Origin: Solirubrobacteraceae bacterium
GTDB lineage: Bacteria > Actinomycetota > Thermoleophilia > Solirubrobacterales > Solirubrobacteraceae
Length of the DNA: 64,000 nucleotides
Assembly (NCBI GenBank): GCA_035551855.1
Contig: DASZMK010000192.1
Coordinates: 21-64,020 of the forward strand
Direction: 5' to 3'
Shown here piece after piece: positions 1 through 9,428 of the stretch. Positions within the stretch are counted from its first letter, which is position 1. Each line of letters starts with the position of its first letter. The translations under genes and the position numbers were made by a program. The notes below the pieces were generated by a model. It was not told the origin of the DNA and did no database searches. It saw only the letters and a program-made list of their open reading frames with translations.

Positions 1-325
1 GTTCACGCTCGTCGGTCTGAGCCCCCGGGTACGCGCCGGCGACCTCAGTCCGGGTCCGCGGTGACCCGGACGGCCGGGTCGTCGAATCACGGTGCCGGTG
101 GGCGAGGCGGGCCACGGGCCGGGCCCTGCTCGGTCGCATCCTCGCCCGGGCAACCGGCGCGCTGCTCGCCCCCGGCGCATACGGGCGCCGCTGGATCGGA
201 TCGGCGGACGAGCTCGACGCAGCGACCACCCTCGACCTGCCGGTCCGGGGTCGTTGGCGGCCCGCGGCGGGGCCGGCGGGCCGGGCGGTTCGGCCCTGGG
301 CGGCGCTTCACGTGCCGTCACGTCT

Positions 326-457
326 CGTTGCACCGGATTTTTGTCCTGCATGTTGCGCCAAATCTCAAACTCGCCAGACGATCTGGCACCACGCGCAGGC
401 TCCACCCCAAGAACGCGCCAGATCATCCCGCGCGGTTCTGATTTGGCGCATTCTGCA
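326..457. repeat. 111-bp palindromic intergenic repeat (REP/MITE-like), copy 1, core 347-457
   Basis: Ends tgcatgttgcgccaaatc / gatttggcgcattctgca (15/18 inverted match); two internal GCGCCA(A/G)ATC...GAT(C/T)TGGC hairpins; flank cgttgcaccggattt resembles flanks of the other copies. Confidence 0.75.
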
Positions 458-559
458 GGGCGCGCCTCCCACGGATGCCGCGTCCGCGGGTCTCTCCCGT
501 GTCGTGCCACTCTGGAGCCGGCGCTCGCCGCGTAGTCGGCCGCTACGCGCGCGCCGACG

Positions 560-695
560 GTGGATGTTCTGGGTGACGCGGAACACTTTGTCCGGGTCGT
601 ACTGCGCCGTGATCCGCGCGAGGCGGTCGTAGTTGTCCCGGTAGGTGGCCGCACCCGATCCTGCCCCTTGTCCATCATGAAGTTCATGTACGCGC
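560..695 (-). pseudogene. C-terminal remnant of FAD-linked oxidase (BBE domain), frameshifted
   Basis: AYMNFMMDKGQDRVR in one frame continues as ATYRDNYDRLARITAQYDPDKVFRVTQNI in another; no upstream body of the gene. Confidence 0.7.
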
Positions 696-723
696 CCGTC
701 CGAGCCGTTGCCGAGGTGCACGA

Positions 724-850
724 GTGGAGCCGGTCGATTCTCTTCCGGACGGCCTGACCTGGCGCGAGGTCGAGATCCTGCGCCTGGGCACCGCCGGGCG
801 ACGCAACCGCGAGATCGGCGCCGAGCTGTGCATCAGCGGACGCACCAGCG
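724..850 (+). pseudogene. Truncated LuxR-type HTH fragment
   Basis: LPDGLTWREVEILRLGTAGRRNREIGAELCISGRT, after which similarity is lost. Confidence 0.6.
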
Positions 851-945
851 CCGAGCCCGGACGCCATCATCACCGCCGCCCGCCGCGCCGGAATTCCGGC
901 CGACGCGGTGACCGAGGTGGACCGGGTGACGGCCGACTCGTTCCG

Positions 946-1851
946 CTAGGCCTCGGCCTCGAGGGCAGCCCGCGCCGTCCTCAGATCCTCCCGCTGTCGC
1001 ATGCTGAGCACCGGGAAGTGCGGGTCGATCTCCATCAGCGCGCGCAGGATCACCGCCCCGGCGCCGATCCGAGCGAACCACTTGCGGTCCGCCGGAATCA
1101 CGTACCACGGCGCCCACTCGGTGCTCGTGTGCGACAGCATCTCCGAGAACGCCCGCTGGTAGTCATCCCAGCGCGCGCGCTCGGCGACGTCGGCGGCCGA
1201 GAACTTCCAGTTGCGGTCCGGCCGATCGATGCGGCGCAGCAGGCGCACCCGCTGCTCTTCGCGCGAGAGGTTGAGGAACAGCTTGACGATCCGGAAGCCG
1301 TTGTCGCTCAGGTACCGCTCCCAGTCGTTGATCTCGCTGTAGCGCCGGTGCCAGACGTCGCCTCGCCGGGCGCAATCCGGCAGCCTCTGCCGGTCGAGGT
1401 GCTCCGGGTGCACGCGCACGACGAGCACCTCCTCATACTGCGAACGGTTGAAGATGCCGATCTCGCCACGAGCCGGCAGGCGCCGGGTGTAGCGCCAGAG
1501 GTAGTCGTGGCTGAGCTCCTCGGCCGACGGAATCTTGAAACTGTGCACCCGGACCCCCTGCGGATTGACGCCACTCATCACGTGGCGGATCGTCCCGTCC
1601 TTGCCGGAGGCGTCGATCCCCTGGAGGATCACGAGCATCCCCCATGTCTCCTGGGCCGCCAGCCGCGTCTGATACTCCGAGAGCAGACGAGCGTTGTCGG
1701 CAAGCACCGCGAGCCCCGTCTTCTTCTTCATCTCGGCCTTGAATGACGGGTCGAAGTCCCGGGGCAGCGTGACCGCCGAGCCGGGGGTGACGCAAAACGG
1801 TGCGAGGAACCTCTCCAGGCGCTGCCGGCGATCGTCACCCACGTGATTCAC
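946..1851 (-). CDS. ppk2: Polyphosphate kinase 2 family (class III-like) polyphosphate:nucleotide phosphotransferase
   Basis: QGIDASGKDG Walker A, FKIPSAEELSHDYLWR, FNRSQYE, WKFSAADVAER, APWYVIPADRKW; start approximate (GTG overlapping the corA stop). Confidence 0.92.
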   Translation of the reverse strand: MNHVGDDRRQRLERFLAPFCVTPGSAVTLPRDFDPSFKAEMKKKTGLAVLADNARLLSEYQTRLAAQETWGMLVILQGIDASGKDGTIRHVMSGVNPQGVRVHSFKIPSAEELSHDYLWRYTRRLPARGEIGIFNRSQYEEVLVVRVHPEHLDRQRLPDCARRGDVWHRRYSEINDWERYLSDNGFRIVKLFLNLSREEQRVRLLRRIDRPDRNWKFSAADVAERARWDDYQRAFSEMLSHTSTEWAPWYVIPADRKWFARIGAGAVILRALMEIDPHFPVLSMRQREDLRTARAALEAEA

Positions 1852-2852
1852 ACCCATCCCTTCCGGCGGAAGAAGGCCAGGAGACCGATGCAGGTGGCGA
1901 CCATGCTCCCAATCCCGACGACGAAGAACGTCCACGTGCCGGCGATCAGGTGGTTGATCATGAAGCCGAAGTTCTGACCGAAGAAGCCGGTGATGAACGC
2001 AAGCGGAAGGAAGATGGTCGCGATTACCGTCAACTGCTTCATCACCTCGTTCTGGCGGTTGCTGAGGGTCGATAGGTACAGGTCTGTCGCACCGGAAAGC
2101 AGGTCGCGGTAGGAGTCGATGAGGTCGCTGATGCGGATCAGGTGGTCGTACACGTCGCGGAAATAGTCACGTTCGTCGAGCTCGAGTCCAGGGAGCTCGG
2201 CGATCTGGTCCACGGAACGCGCGAACAGGTCACGCTGCGGGGTGACGACCTTGCGCACGGCCACGAGCTGGCGCCTGAGCCCGAACAGCTGCTCGAGCTG
2301 GTGCTCGTCAGGGCTCTCCAGAACGGACTGCTCGAGGCCATCGATCTGCTCGTCCATGTCAGAGAGCCACGGGAAGAAGCTGTCGGTGAGCGCGTCGAGG
2401 ACCCGGTAGAGCAGAAACTGCTCGCTGTGGAGCACACGGCCGTCGAGCTGCGCCCGCTGCTGGTCAAGCGGGGGGAGTGGGTCGCGATGGACCGTGACGA
2501 GATACCGCCCGGCCAGGAACAGGTGGACCTCGCGCAGCGGTTCTGGATCGTCCTCAGGGTGGCGCCAGGCTCCGTAGAAGACGAGGAAGATGTGATCGCC
2601 GTAGTTGTCGAGCTTCGGACGCTGGCCGAAATGCTCGGTGTCCTCGAGGGCGAGCGGGTGGAAGCCGAAGAGCCTGCCGAGCGCCGCGATCTCCTCGGGT
2701 GCCGGGTCGGTCAGGTCAAGCCAGAAGAACTGATCCCGTCGTAGGTGGGCCTTGATGCTCGCTTCGTCGATCGCCGTGAGGCACGGGACGACGATGCGAA
2801 ACTGCCCATCCGCGTCGCCGGCCGTCGCCGCACGCGCCTTGCCAACCGGCAT
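1848..2852 (-). CDS. corA: CorA-family Mg2+/Co2+ transporter
   Basis: FHPLALED, YFRDVYDHL, NEVMKQLTVIATIFLPLAFITGFFGQNF; AGGAGG RBS before ATG 2852. Confidence 0.9.
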   Translation of the reverse strand: MPVGKARAATAGDADGQFRIVVPCLTAIDEASIKAHLRRDQFFWLDLTDPAPEEIAALGRLFGFHPLALEDTEHFGQRPKLDNYGDHIFLVFYGAWRHPEDDPEPLREVHLFLAGRYLVTVHRDPLPPLDQQRAQLDGRVLHSEQFLLYRVLDALTDSFFPWLSDMDEQIDGLEQSVLESPDEHQLEQLFGLRRQLVAVRKVVTPQRDLFARSVDQIAELPGLELDERDYFRDVYDHLIRISDLIDSYRDLLSGATDLYLSTLSNRQNEVMKQLTVIATIFLPLAFITGFFGQNFGFMINHLIAGTWTFFVVGIGSMVATCIGLLAFFRRKGWV

Positions 2853-3256
2853 GAGGTCCTCCTGGGGTCGTGTGTGGCGACATTGTTCCCGGACCGTCCG
2901 ACGCGATCCTGCGGCACCTCGACCAACCTTTCCCCTCGCCCCGCGTTTCATGTGGGTAGAGCCGCCGCTCGAGAGCGTGGTTTGTGGGGGCACAGCGTGA
3001 TGAGTCGGCTGCTAGCGCCCCGGGGAGCCGCCCCCCGGGGCGCCTCGCCGACCCCATCGGGGCGCCTCGCCAGCCCCGTGGCTGGGGCCTGCCGGTTACG
3101 GCCCGCAGGGGGCGAGCGAGCCACCGGTTATGGAAAGTTTAACCGAGAGGCACCGCGCTGGCAACGTGTGTAGTCGGACAACAGCGGCTGTGCGCGAACG
3201 GCATTGACTCCTGGACGGCTCGGTGGCTGGACGCTACTTGTCATAAGGCGCATACT

Positions 3257-5413
3257 TTGTCCATGGGGGCAAGCGCAGAAGTCGCTGACCGGCGGTGGTT
3301 CGTGGATCGGCGCGCCTCCGTCGCCCGCAGCGACGATGACCTCGTCTCGCTTGCGCGGGCCGGCAACGAGGGTGCGTTCGAGGCCATCTACGATCGCTAC
3401 GCCGCCCGGATCCTGGGCTTCTGCGTCCACATGCTCGGCAGCCGCGACGAGGCCGAGGACGCCCTCCAGCTCACCTTCGTATCCGCGTACCGCGCGTTGC
3501 GCGGCGGGGAGAACAACATCGTGCTGCGGCCGTGGCTGTTCACGATCGCTCGCAACCGCTGCCTGTCGGTCCTGCGTTCCCGGCGCACTCCGGTCGCCTT
3601 CGATGAGCTGCTCACGAACCATCTGTGCCCGGATGGCCCGGAGGAACGGGTCCAGCGGCGCGAGGAATTGCGCGAGATCGTCGAGGACATGCAGCGGCTG
3701 CCGGACGACCAGCGGTCGGCGCTCGTCCTCTTCGAGCTCGGAGATCATTCGCACAGCGAGATCGCCGCGGTCCTGGGCGTGCGCCCGGCCAAGGTCAAGG
3801 CGCTCATCTTCCAGGCCCGCAAGGGCCTGGTGCGGGGGCGGCAGGCCCGGGACAGCTCGTGCAGCGAGATCCGAGAGCGGATCGCCACCGTGCGCGGCAA
3901 GGTCCTGGCCCGCAGTCGGACGCGTGCCCACATCGATCGCTGCCCGGGCTGTGCGGCCTTCGAGGACGAGGTGCGCCGGCAGCAGGCCGCGTGTGCGCTT
4001 GTCCCCTCGCTCGCGCTCGTCGGCGCGCTGAAGTCGACGGTGCTGGGCTCCGCGTTCGGCCAGCACGCCGGCATCGCCGCGGGAATCGGCGCGGGCGGGA
4101 GCGGAGCGGTCCTGACAACGGGAGCCGCCGGCGGAACGGCGGCCGGTGGCGCCGGGGCGACCGGCGCGGCCGCCGCCGGCGCAGGCGCGCTCGGCGTTGC
4201 CGGAGTCGGCAGCACGGCGGGGGTCGGCGCAGCCGGGGCCGGCGCGTCAGCAGCGGGAGCGGTCGGCGCGGTGGGCGCGGCCGGCAGCGTCGGCGCCGTC
4301 GGCATCGGCATGGCCGCGGCGGCGCCGGGGGCGGGACTGGCGGGCGGCGTGGTCGGCGCCGGCGCCGAATTGGCCGTGGTCAGCGGGCTGGAGACCGCCG
4401 GCTCAACCGCGATCGCGACCAAGGTCGTCGCTGCGGTGGCCATCGCCGCGGGGGTCGTCGGTCCCACGCACGCAGCACCGGCGCCGCCGACCCCGGCTCC
4501 GGTTGTGGCGACCGCCCCCCATCAACTCGCGTCTTCAGTGGCGTCGTCGCCGGCAGCTTCGGGAAGCGCCCTCAGCGGCGTGCCGGCCGCCGCGGTCCCG
4601 GCGGCGACCCAGACGGGGTCGGCCGGAACCCCGCCGCAAGAGGCGACCGAACCGCCCTCGGGCACGGCCGCGCCGACGGCCGCGTCGACATCGGCGGCTG
4701 CCACCACGTCCACGAGTGGTTCAGGGTCGGCCGGGGCGAGCACGCCGGCCGACGCGACGGGGTCCAGTGGTGCGACAACGCCGGCCGGGTCCGCAGGGCC
4801 GGCGAGCGGAACCTCGGCGGGCACCACCGCTCCGGCAGGTGCCGCGGCGCCTGCGGCATCGACCAGTTCGTCGGCTCCGCCGTCGTCCACGTCGCCGTCG
4901 TCCCCGGTCCCGGCCTCGACGAGCGACACCGGCTCGGCCGGGGCGCCATCGAATGGATCAACCGATACGACAGCCGGTTCGGGCACCAGCACGGGCTCGG
5001 GCACAAGCACGGGTTCGGGCAGCGGCACGGGCTCGGGTACGAGCACGGGCTCGGGCAGCGGCACGGGCTCGGGTACGAGCACGGGTTCGGTCACCGGCAC
5101 GGGCTCGGTCACCGGCACGGGCTCGATCACCAGCACGGGCTCCGGCACGCCCACCTCCGGCTCCGGCACGCCCACCTCCGGCTCCGACACGCCCACCTCC
5201 GGCGCCTTCGCCCACGCCATGATCGCCGACGTGGGCGCCCCCGCCCCACCGGAAACCCCACTCGCCGCTGACGCCACACCCACCACTTCCGCCACCCCCA
5301 CCGCTCCCGCCACCCCCACCACGGCGGCCCCCGCCGCCACCGCGGCCGCACCCGCGACCGCCCCGTCCGTCGGATCCGCCTCGGGCGCCGCCCCGAGCGC
5401 GTCGACCGGCTGA
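3257..5413 (+). CDS. ECF sigma-70 factor with fused zinc-finger (ZAS-like) motif and long Ala/Gly/Ser/Thr/Pro-rich C-terminal extension
   Basis: AFEAIYDRY, AEDALQLTF, LRPWLFTIARNRC, LPDDQRSALVL; C...HIDRCPGC; hydrophobic segments followed by a low-complexity tail. Confidence 0.88.
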   Translation: MSMGASAEVADRRWFVDRRASVARSDDDLVSLARAGNEGAFEAIYDRYAARILGFCVHMLGSRDEAEDALQLTFVSAYRALRGGENNIVLRPWLFTIARNRCLSVLRSRRTPVAFDELLTNHLCPDGPEERVQRREELREIVEDMQRLPDDQRSALVLFELGDHSHSEIAAVLGVRPAKVKALIFQARKGLVRGRQARDSSCSEIRERIATVRGKVLARSRTRAHIDRCPGCAAFEDEVRRQQAACALVPSLALVGALKSTVLGSAFGQHAGIAAGIGAGGSGAVLTTGAAGGTAAGGAGATGAAAAGAGALGVAGVGSTAGVGAAGAGASAAGAVGAVGAAGSVGAVGIGMAAAAPGAGLAGGVVGAGAELAVVSGLETAGSTAIATKVVAAVAIAAGVVGPTHAAPAPPTPAPVVATAPHQLASSVASSPAASGSALSGVPAAAVPAATQTGSAGTPPQEATEPPSGTAAPTAASTSAAATTSTSGSGSAGASTPADATGSSGATTPAGSAGPASGTSAGTTAPAGAAAPAASTSSSAPPSSTSPSSPVPASTSDTGSAGAPSNGSTDTTAGSGTSTGSGTSTGSGSGTGSGTSTGSGSGTGSGTSTGSVTGTGSVTGTGSITSTGSGTPTSGSGTPTSGSDTPTSGAFAHAMIADVGAPAPPETPLAADATPTTSATPTAPATPTTAAPAATAAAPATAPSVGSASGAAPSASTG
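4976..5200 (+). repeat. Intragenic tandem repeats: about nine 18-bp units (GSGTST/GSGSGT) then three 21-bp units (GSGTPTS)
   Basis: Repeated acgggctcgggcagcggc-type units; ggctccggcacgcccacctcc at 5138, 5159 and 5180 (last has one mismatch). Confidence 0.85.
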
Positions 5414-5418
5414 CACCA

Positions 5419-5548
5419 TGCACCAGGCGCCAAATCGCGTCCGGCGCGGACGATTTGGCGCATACGTGGGGCTCAGCAGGCACGTGGTGACAGACGATCC
5501 CGCCGACCGCTGATCTGGCGCATCATGCATGCCGGAGTTCGGTGCAAC
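5419..5548. repeat. 111-bp palindromic intergenic repeat, copy 2, core 5419-5529
   Basis: tgcaccaggcgccaaatc...gatttggcgca...gatctggcgcatcatgca; same core length as copy 1; lies between convergent genes. Confidence 0.75.
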
Positions 5549-5603
5549 AGCCGAGACCGGACGGCCGGGCTCGCTCTCCCGCGCCGTCACCTGACTCCGC
5601 TCG

Positions 5604-5696
5604 CCCGGGCCGTCACCTCGCTCCCGTGTCCCGGGTTGTCACCTCGCTCCCGTGTCCCGGGCCGTCACCTCGCTCCCGTGTCCCGGGCCGTCACCA
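5604..5696. repeat. 26-bp tandem repeat, about 3.5 copies
   Basis: cccgggccgtcacctcgctcccgtgt units start at 5604, 5630, 5656 and 5682 (partial); no spacers. Confidence 0.9.
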
Positions 5697-5835
5697 CACA
5701 CTGGCCTCCCGCGCCATCCCCTCACGCCAATTGCGACGCGGCCTTGCGACGTTTGCAGCCGAGCCGTGACACCGTGGGCGACTCGCCCGGGGTGCCGGGG
5801 CGACCCGCCGTCGCCGGCCGGCGAACCGCGGGCGC

Positions 5836-6900
5836 CTACGGTGGCGGCGCGGTTGACCCGCGAACCACCAGGCGCGTCTCCAACTCCACGTGCACCGGCT
5901 CCGCCTCGGACTCGCTCGGCCGCAGGCGCCGCAGCAGCACGCCGACCGCCGTGGCTCCCATTTCGTAGTGGTCGAACCTGACGGTGGTCAACGGGGGATC
6001 GAACCGCTCGGCGAAGGCCATGTCGTTGAAGCCGATGACCGAGACGTCATCGGGGCACCGCCGGCCGGCGGCGCGCAGGCTGTCATAGCAGCCAAGCGCC
6101 ATGAGGTCGTTGCCGGCCACGATCGCCGTCACGTCCGGATGGGCGTCGAGCAGCGACGTGCAGATGCGTGCGCCCTCCTCGAGCGTGACCGCGCGCGCCG
6201 ACTGCACCAGGCCGGCCGGGACGTCGAGCCCGGCGCGTCGCATCGCCGTGCGGAAGCCGGCGATTCGCGCCCGTCCGGTGCTGTGGGTCTGCGGCGGCGC
6301 CAGCAGCGCGATCTTCCTGTGCCCCAGCTCGGCGAGGAACTCGACCGCCGAGCGGATCCCGCCCCGGTCGTCCGGCGTCACGGAGGGGATCGCCTGGTTC
6401 TGAGTGCGGCGGTTGATCTGGACCACGGGAACGCGGGCGGCGACCAGCATGTCCAGCGCCGGGTCGGAGTGGCGCGCGGTGGCCACGAGCAGCCCGTCGA
6501 CGCCCCGCTGCCTGAGCAGCTCGAACCGCTCCAGCAGGCGGTCATCGCGACCGTCCGTGTACGTCACCAGAGACGTGTAGCGGACGTCCTCCAATGCGTC
6601 GTCGATGCCGCGCACGATCCGGGGGAAGAGGGGGTTGGCGATGTCCGGGATGACGACACCGACGGTCTGCGAGCGCTGCGTGCGCAGGCTGCGGGCGATC
6701 GCGTTCGTGCGGTAGTTGAGCTCGCGGGCGGACTCGAGGACCCGCTGCAAGGTGTCCGCGCTGACCATCTGCCGGGTCTGTGGATTCAGCGCACGGGATA
6801 CCGTTGCCGGATGCACCCCGGCATGCTCGGCCACCTCGCGCAGGGTGACGGACGGCGCCAGGCCCTCGTGGGTCGCTGGTTGGAGTGTCGCTTTGGGCAA
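5836..6900 (-). CDS. LacI-family transcriptional regulator
   Basis: VTLREVAEHAGVHPATVSRALN HTH; ARSLR hinge; PDDVSVIGFND, PPLTTV. Confidence 0.95.
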   Translation of the reverse strand: MPKATLQPATHEGLAPSVTLREVAEHAGVHPATVSRALNPQTRQMVSADTLQRVLESARELNYRTNAIARSLRTQRSQTVGVVIPDIANPLFPRIVRGIDDALEDVRYTSLVTYTDGRDDRLLERFELLRQRGVDGLLVATARHSDPALDMLVAARVPVVQINRRTQNQAIPSVTPDDRGGIRSAVEFLAELGHRKIALLAPPQTHSTGRARIAGFRTAMRRAGLDVPAGLVQSARAVTLEEGARICTSLLDAHPDVTAIVAGNDLMALGCYDSLRAAGRRCPDDVSVIGFNDMAFAERFDPPLTTVRFDHYEMGATAVGVLLRRLRPSESEAEPVHVELETRLVVRGSTAPPP

Positions 6901-6965
6901 GCCGCGCTGAGTCTAGGTCACCGCCGGACGGGCGCGGCAAAGCGGCCGCCGGAGGAGGAGTGAGG

Positions 6966-7016
6966 TTGCAAACGTTCGCAACACGAGACGCTATTTGGCG
7001 CCCCGGAGGTTGTCAA
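6966..7016 (-). promoter_or_regulatory. Sigma-70 promoter of the LacI-family gene with an operator at the predicted +1
   Basis: Minus strand TTGACA (7016-7011), 17 bp spacer, TAGCGT (6993-6988); palindrome TTGCAAACGTTCGCAA at 6966-6981. Confidence 0.7.
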
Positions 7017-7020
7017 TCAC

Positions 7021-7133
7021 GCAGCCCGGTCCGCCGTCTCGCGGCAGCCCGGTCCGCCGTCTCGTGGCAGCCCGGGCGGCCGTCTCGCGGCGCCGCCGAC
7101 TGCCTGTCCCGGCGCCGCCGACTGCCCGTCCCG
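7021..7133. repeat. Tandem repeats between divergent promoters: 23 bp x3 then 22 bp x2
   Basis: gcagcccggtccgccgtctcgcg-like units at 7021, 7044, 7067; gcgccgccgactgcc(t/c)gtcccg at 7090, 7112. Confidence 0.85.
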
Positions 7134-7163
7134 GCGCCCGCGCTAACCAAAAACAAAGGCCAC

Positions 7164-7223
7164 TGCACACGATTGCGGTTGACACGTGAGCTGTGCTGGA
7201 GATAGGGTTTGCAAACGATTGAA
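7164..7223 (+). promoter_or_regulatory. Sigma-70 promoter of the ABC operon flanked by two LacI-type operators
   Basis: TTGACA 7179-7184, 18 bp spacer, TAGGGT 7203-7208; TGCACACGATTGCG at 7164 and TGCAAACGATTGAA at 7210. Confidence 0.7.
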
Positions 7224-7278
7224 GGAGCGGCTGCTTCGACGCTGCCCGGTTCAAGGAGAGAGTGGAGGAGACGACCAG

Positions 7279-8538
7279 ATGACGGTCCTTCGGAAGTTCG
7301 TGACAGCTTCGGCGGCCCTCGGGGCGACGGCGGTGATCGCGGCCTGTGGCAGCTCGTCGAACGGTAGCGGCGGCGGGGGAGGCGGAGGCGGCAGCACCGG
7401 CAAGGGTCCCATCACCATCGGAACGTCGCTGTCGCTGTCCGGCGACTTCGCCGCCGACGGCCAGGCCTTTGAACGCGGCTACCAGTTGTGGGCCGCCGAC
7501 CAGAACCGCGCCGGCGGGCTGCTGGGGCACAAGATCCAGCTTGACGTCATCTCCGATTCGTCGAGCCCGTCGCAGGTGGTCAGCAACTATCAGAAGCTGA
7601 TCGGCTCCAACCACGACCCGCTCGTCGTGGGGCCGTACTCGACGCTGCTGACGGTCCCGTCGGCCCGGATCGCCGCGCGCTACGGCTACGCGTTCGTCGA
7701 GGGCGCCGGCGGCGGCCCGTCCGTCTTCGGTCAGGGCCTGCACAACGTCTTCGACGTCACCACCCCGGTCAAGAACGCCCTGGTGACGTTTGCGCAGTGG
7801 GTGGCCTCGCTGCCCCCGTCCCAGCGTCCCAAGACCGCGGCCTACGCGACGGTCAACGACCCGTTCACCCAGCCCCAGATTCCGGTGGCGCAGGCGATCC
7901 TGAAGCAGGCGGGCGTCAAGACCCTCGTCTCCAAGGTGTTCCCGGCGGAGGTCACCGACTTCACGCCGATCGCCAGCCAGGTCGCCTCCACGCACGCGGA
8001 TCTCGTCGTGCTCGGCTCCGTCGACGTCCCCACCGTGTCGGCCTTCACCCACGCCTTCGTCCAGCAGCACTACAACCCCAAGGCGTTCATCGCCACGGCC
8101 GGTCCCGACCAGGGCGCCCAGTTCGTCAAGGCCGTCGGCGCCGGCAACGAGAACGGCATCTTCGTGCCCAACGGCTGGTACGGCGGCTTCCGCAAGGCCG
8201 ACAGCCAGCAGATGGTCAAGGAGTACATCGCCAAGTACGGCGGCACCCCCTCCGACGTGAACGCCGATATCGCCGAGGCCTACGCCGTGGGACAGGTGCT
8301 GACTCAGGCGGTCAACGCCACGCACAGCCTGGACAACGCCAAGATCGTCAGCTACCTGCATTCCGGCCACGCGTTCGACAGCGTCCAGGGCCCGGTCAAG
8401 TTCGACTCGCTCGGTGAGAACACCGCGCAGAAGACCCTGACGTTCCAGTGGCAGAATGGGAACCTCGTGCAGTCGATCCCGACCGCGGTCGCCGGATCTC
8501 ACGCCCCGGTCTATCCCAAGCCCGCCTGGCACGGCTAA
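7279..8538 (+). CDS. Liv (HAAT)-type ABC transporter substrate-binding lipoprotein
   Basis: Lipobox VIAAC; ITIGTSLSLSGDFA, NRAGGLLGHKIQL; GGAGGA RBS. Confidence 0.9.
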   Translation: MTVLRKFVTASAALGATAVIAACGSSSNGSGGGGGGGGSTGKGPITIGTSLSLSGDFAADGQAFERGYQLWAADQNRAGGLLGHKIQLDVISDSSSPSQVVSNYQKLIGSNHDPLVVGPYSTLLTVPSARIAARYGYAFVEGAGGGPSVFGQGLHNVFDVTTPVKNALVTFAQWVASLPPSQRPKTAAYATVNDPFTQPQIPVAQAILKQAGVKTLVSKVFPAEVTDFTPIASQVASTHADLVVLGSVDVPTVSAFTHAFVQQHYNPKAFIATAGPDQGAQFVKAVGAGNENGIFVPNGWYGGFRKADSQQMVKEYIAKYGGTPSDVNADIAEAYAVGQVLTQAVNATHSLDNAKIVSYLHSGHAFDSVQGPVKFDSLGENTAQKTLTFQWQNGNLVQSIPTAVAGSHAPVYPKPAWHG

Positions 8539-8543
8539 CCGAG

Positions 8544-9428
8544 ATGTCGTCAACCGCGCTCCTGCAGGCCATCGTCGACGGGATCCTGACCGGCGGTGTG
8601 TACGCCCTCATGGCCGCCGGCCTGACGCTGATCTTCGGCGTCATGGACATCATCAACATCGCCCAGGGGGTCATGGTGATCCTGGGCGCGTACCTCAGCT
8701 ACGAGCTGTCGGTGCACGTGGGGATCGGCCTCCTCCCGGGGCTGCTGATCACCGTGCCCGCCATGTTCCTGCTGGGGGTGGCGATCGAGATCGGTTTCAT
8801 GCGCCGCCTGCGCGACCAGGACCGGACGCAGATGTCGATCCTCGTCACCTATGCGGTGGCGATCGTCATCGAGGGCATCCTCACCGCCGTGTTCGGCGTC
8901 AACTATGAGCAGCTGCAGGCATCGTATGTCAACAGCTCGGTCCACGTGCTCGGCTTCTATCTGCCGGACATCTACCTGATCGGCTTTGCCCTGGCGATCA
9001 TCCTGCTGATCGGCCTGTACTACGTCCTGTACCGGACACAGTTCGGACGCGCCGTCCGGGCCTCGCTGCAGAACCGGACGGCCGCCGATCTCATCGGCAT
9101 CGAGGTCAACCGCGTGCGGACCATCTCGGTCGGCATCGGCGTGGCGGTCACCGCGGTCGGCGGGATGGTGTTCGGCGCCACCAACGCGTTCAACCCCAAT
9201 ACCGGCTATGACCTGATCTCCCGCCTGCTGGCGATCGTGATCCTCGGCGGGATGGGCAGCATCGGCGGCGCGATGGGGGCGGCCATCCTCATGCTGGTCA
9301 TCAACGACGTCGTTGCCGTGGCCTGGTCTCCGACCTGGGCGCCGCTGGTGTTCTTCGCCGCGCTCGTGATCGTGCTGTCGGTCCGTCCTCAGGGGCTCTT
9401 CGGCCGGGCGGCGGTGCGGGCCCAGTGA
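8544..9428 (+). CDS. Liv-type ABC permease (LivH-like)
   Basis: YALMAAGLTLIFGVMDIINIAQG, TQFGRAVRA, ILGGMGSIGG. Confidence 0.92.
   Translation: MSSTALLQAIVDGILTGGVYALMAAGLTLIFGVMDIINIAQGVMVILGAYLSYELSVHVGIGLLPGLLITVPAMFLLGVAIEIGFMRRLRDQDRTQMSILVTYAVAIVIEGILTAVFGVNYEQLQASYVNSSVHVLGFYLPDIYLIGFALAIILLIGLYYVLYRTQFGRAVRASLQNRTAADLIGIEVNRVRTISVGIGVAVTAVGGMVFGATNAFNPNTGYDLISRLLAIVILGGMGSIGGAMGAAILMLVINDVVAVAWSPTWAPLVFFAALVIVLSVRPQGLFGRAAVRAQ

Noticed and set aside
61-320. Short ORFs at the window start
   Set aside because: No recognisable motif or convincing codon pattern in any frame
3015-3090. GC-rich hairpins and a 13-bp direct repeat upstream of corA as a possible Mg2+ riboswitch
   Set aside because: No recognisable M-box or other riboswitch consensus; such hairpins are common at this GC content
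5604-5696. Possible CRISPR array
   Set aside because: Units are contiguous with no unique spacers, and no cas genes are visible
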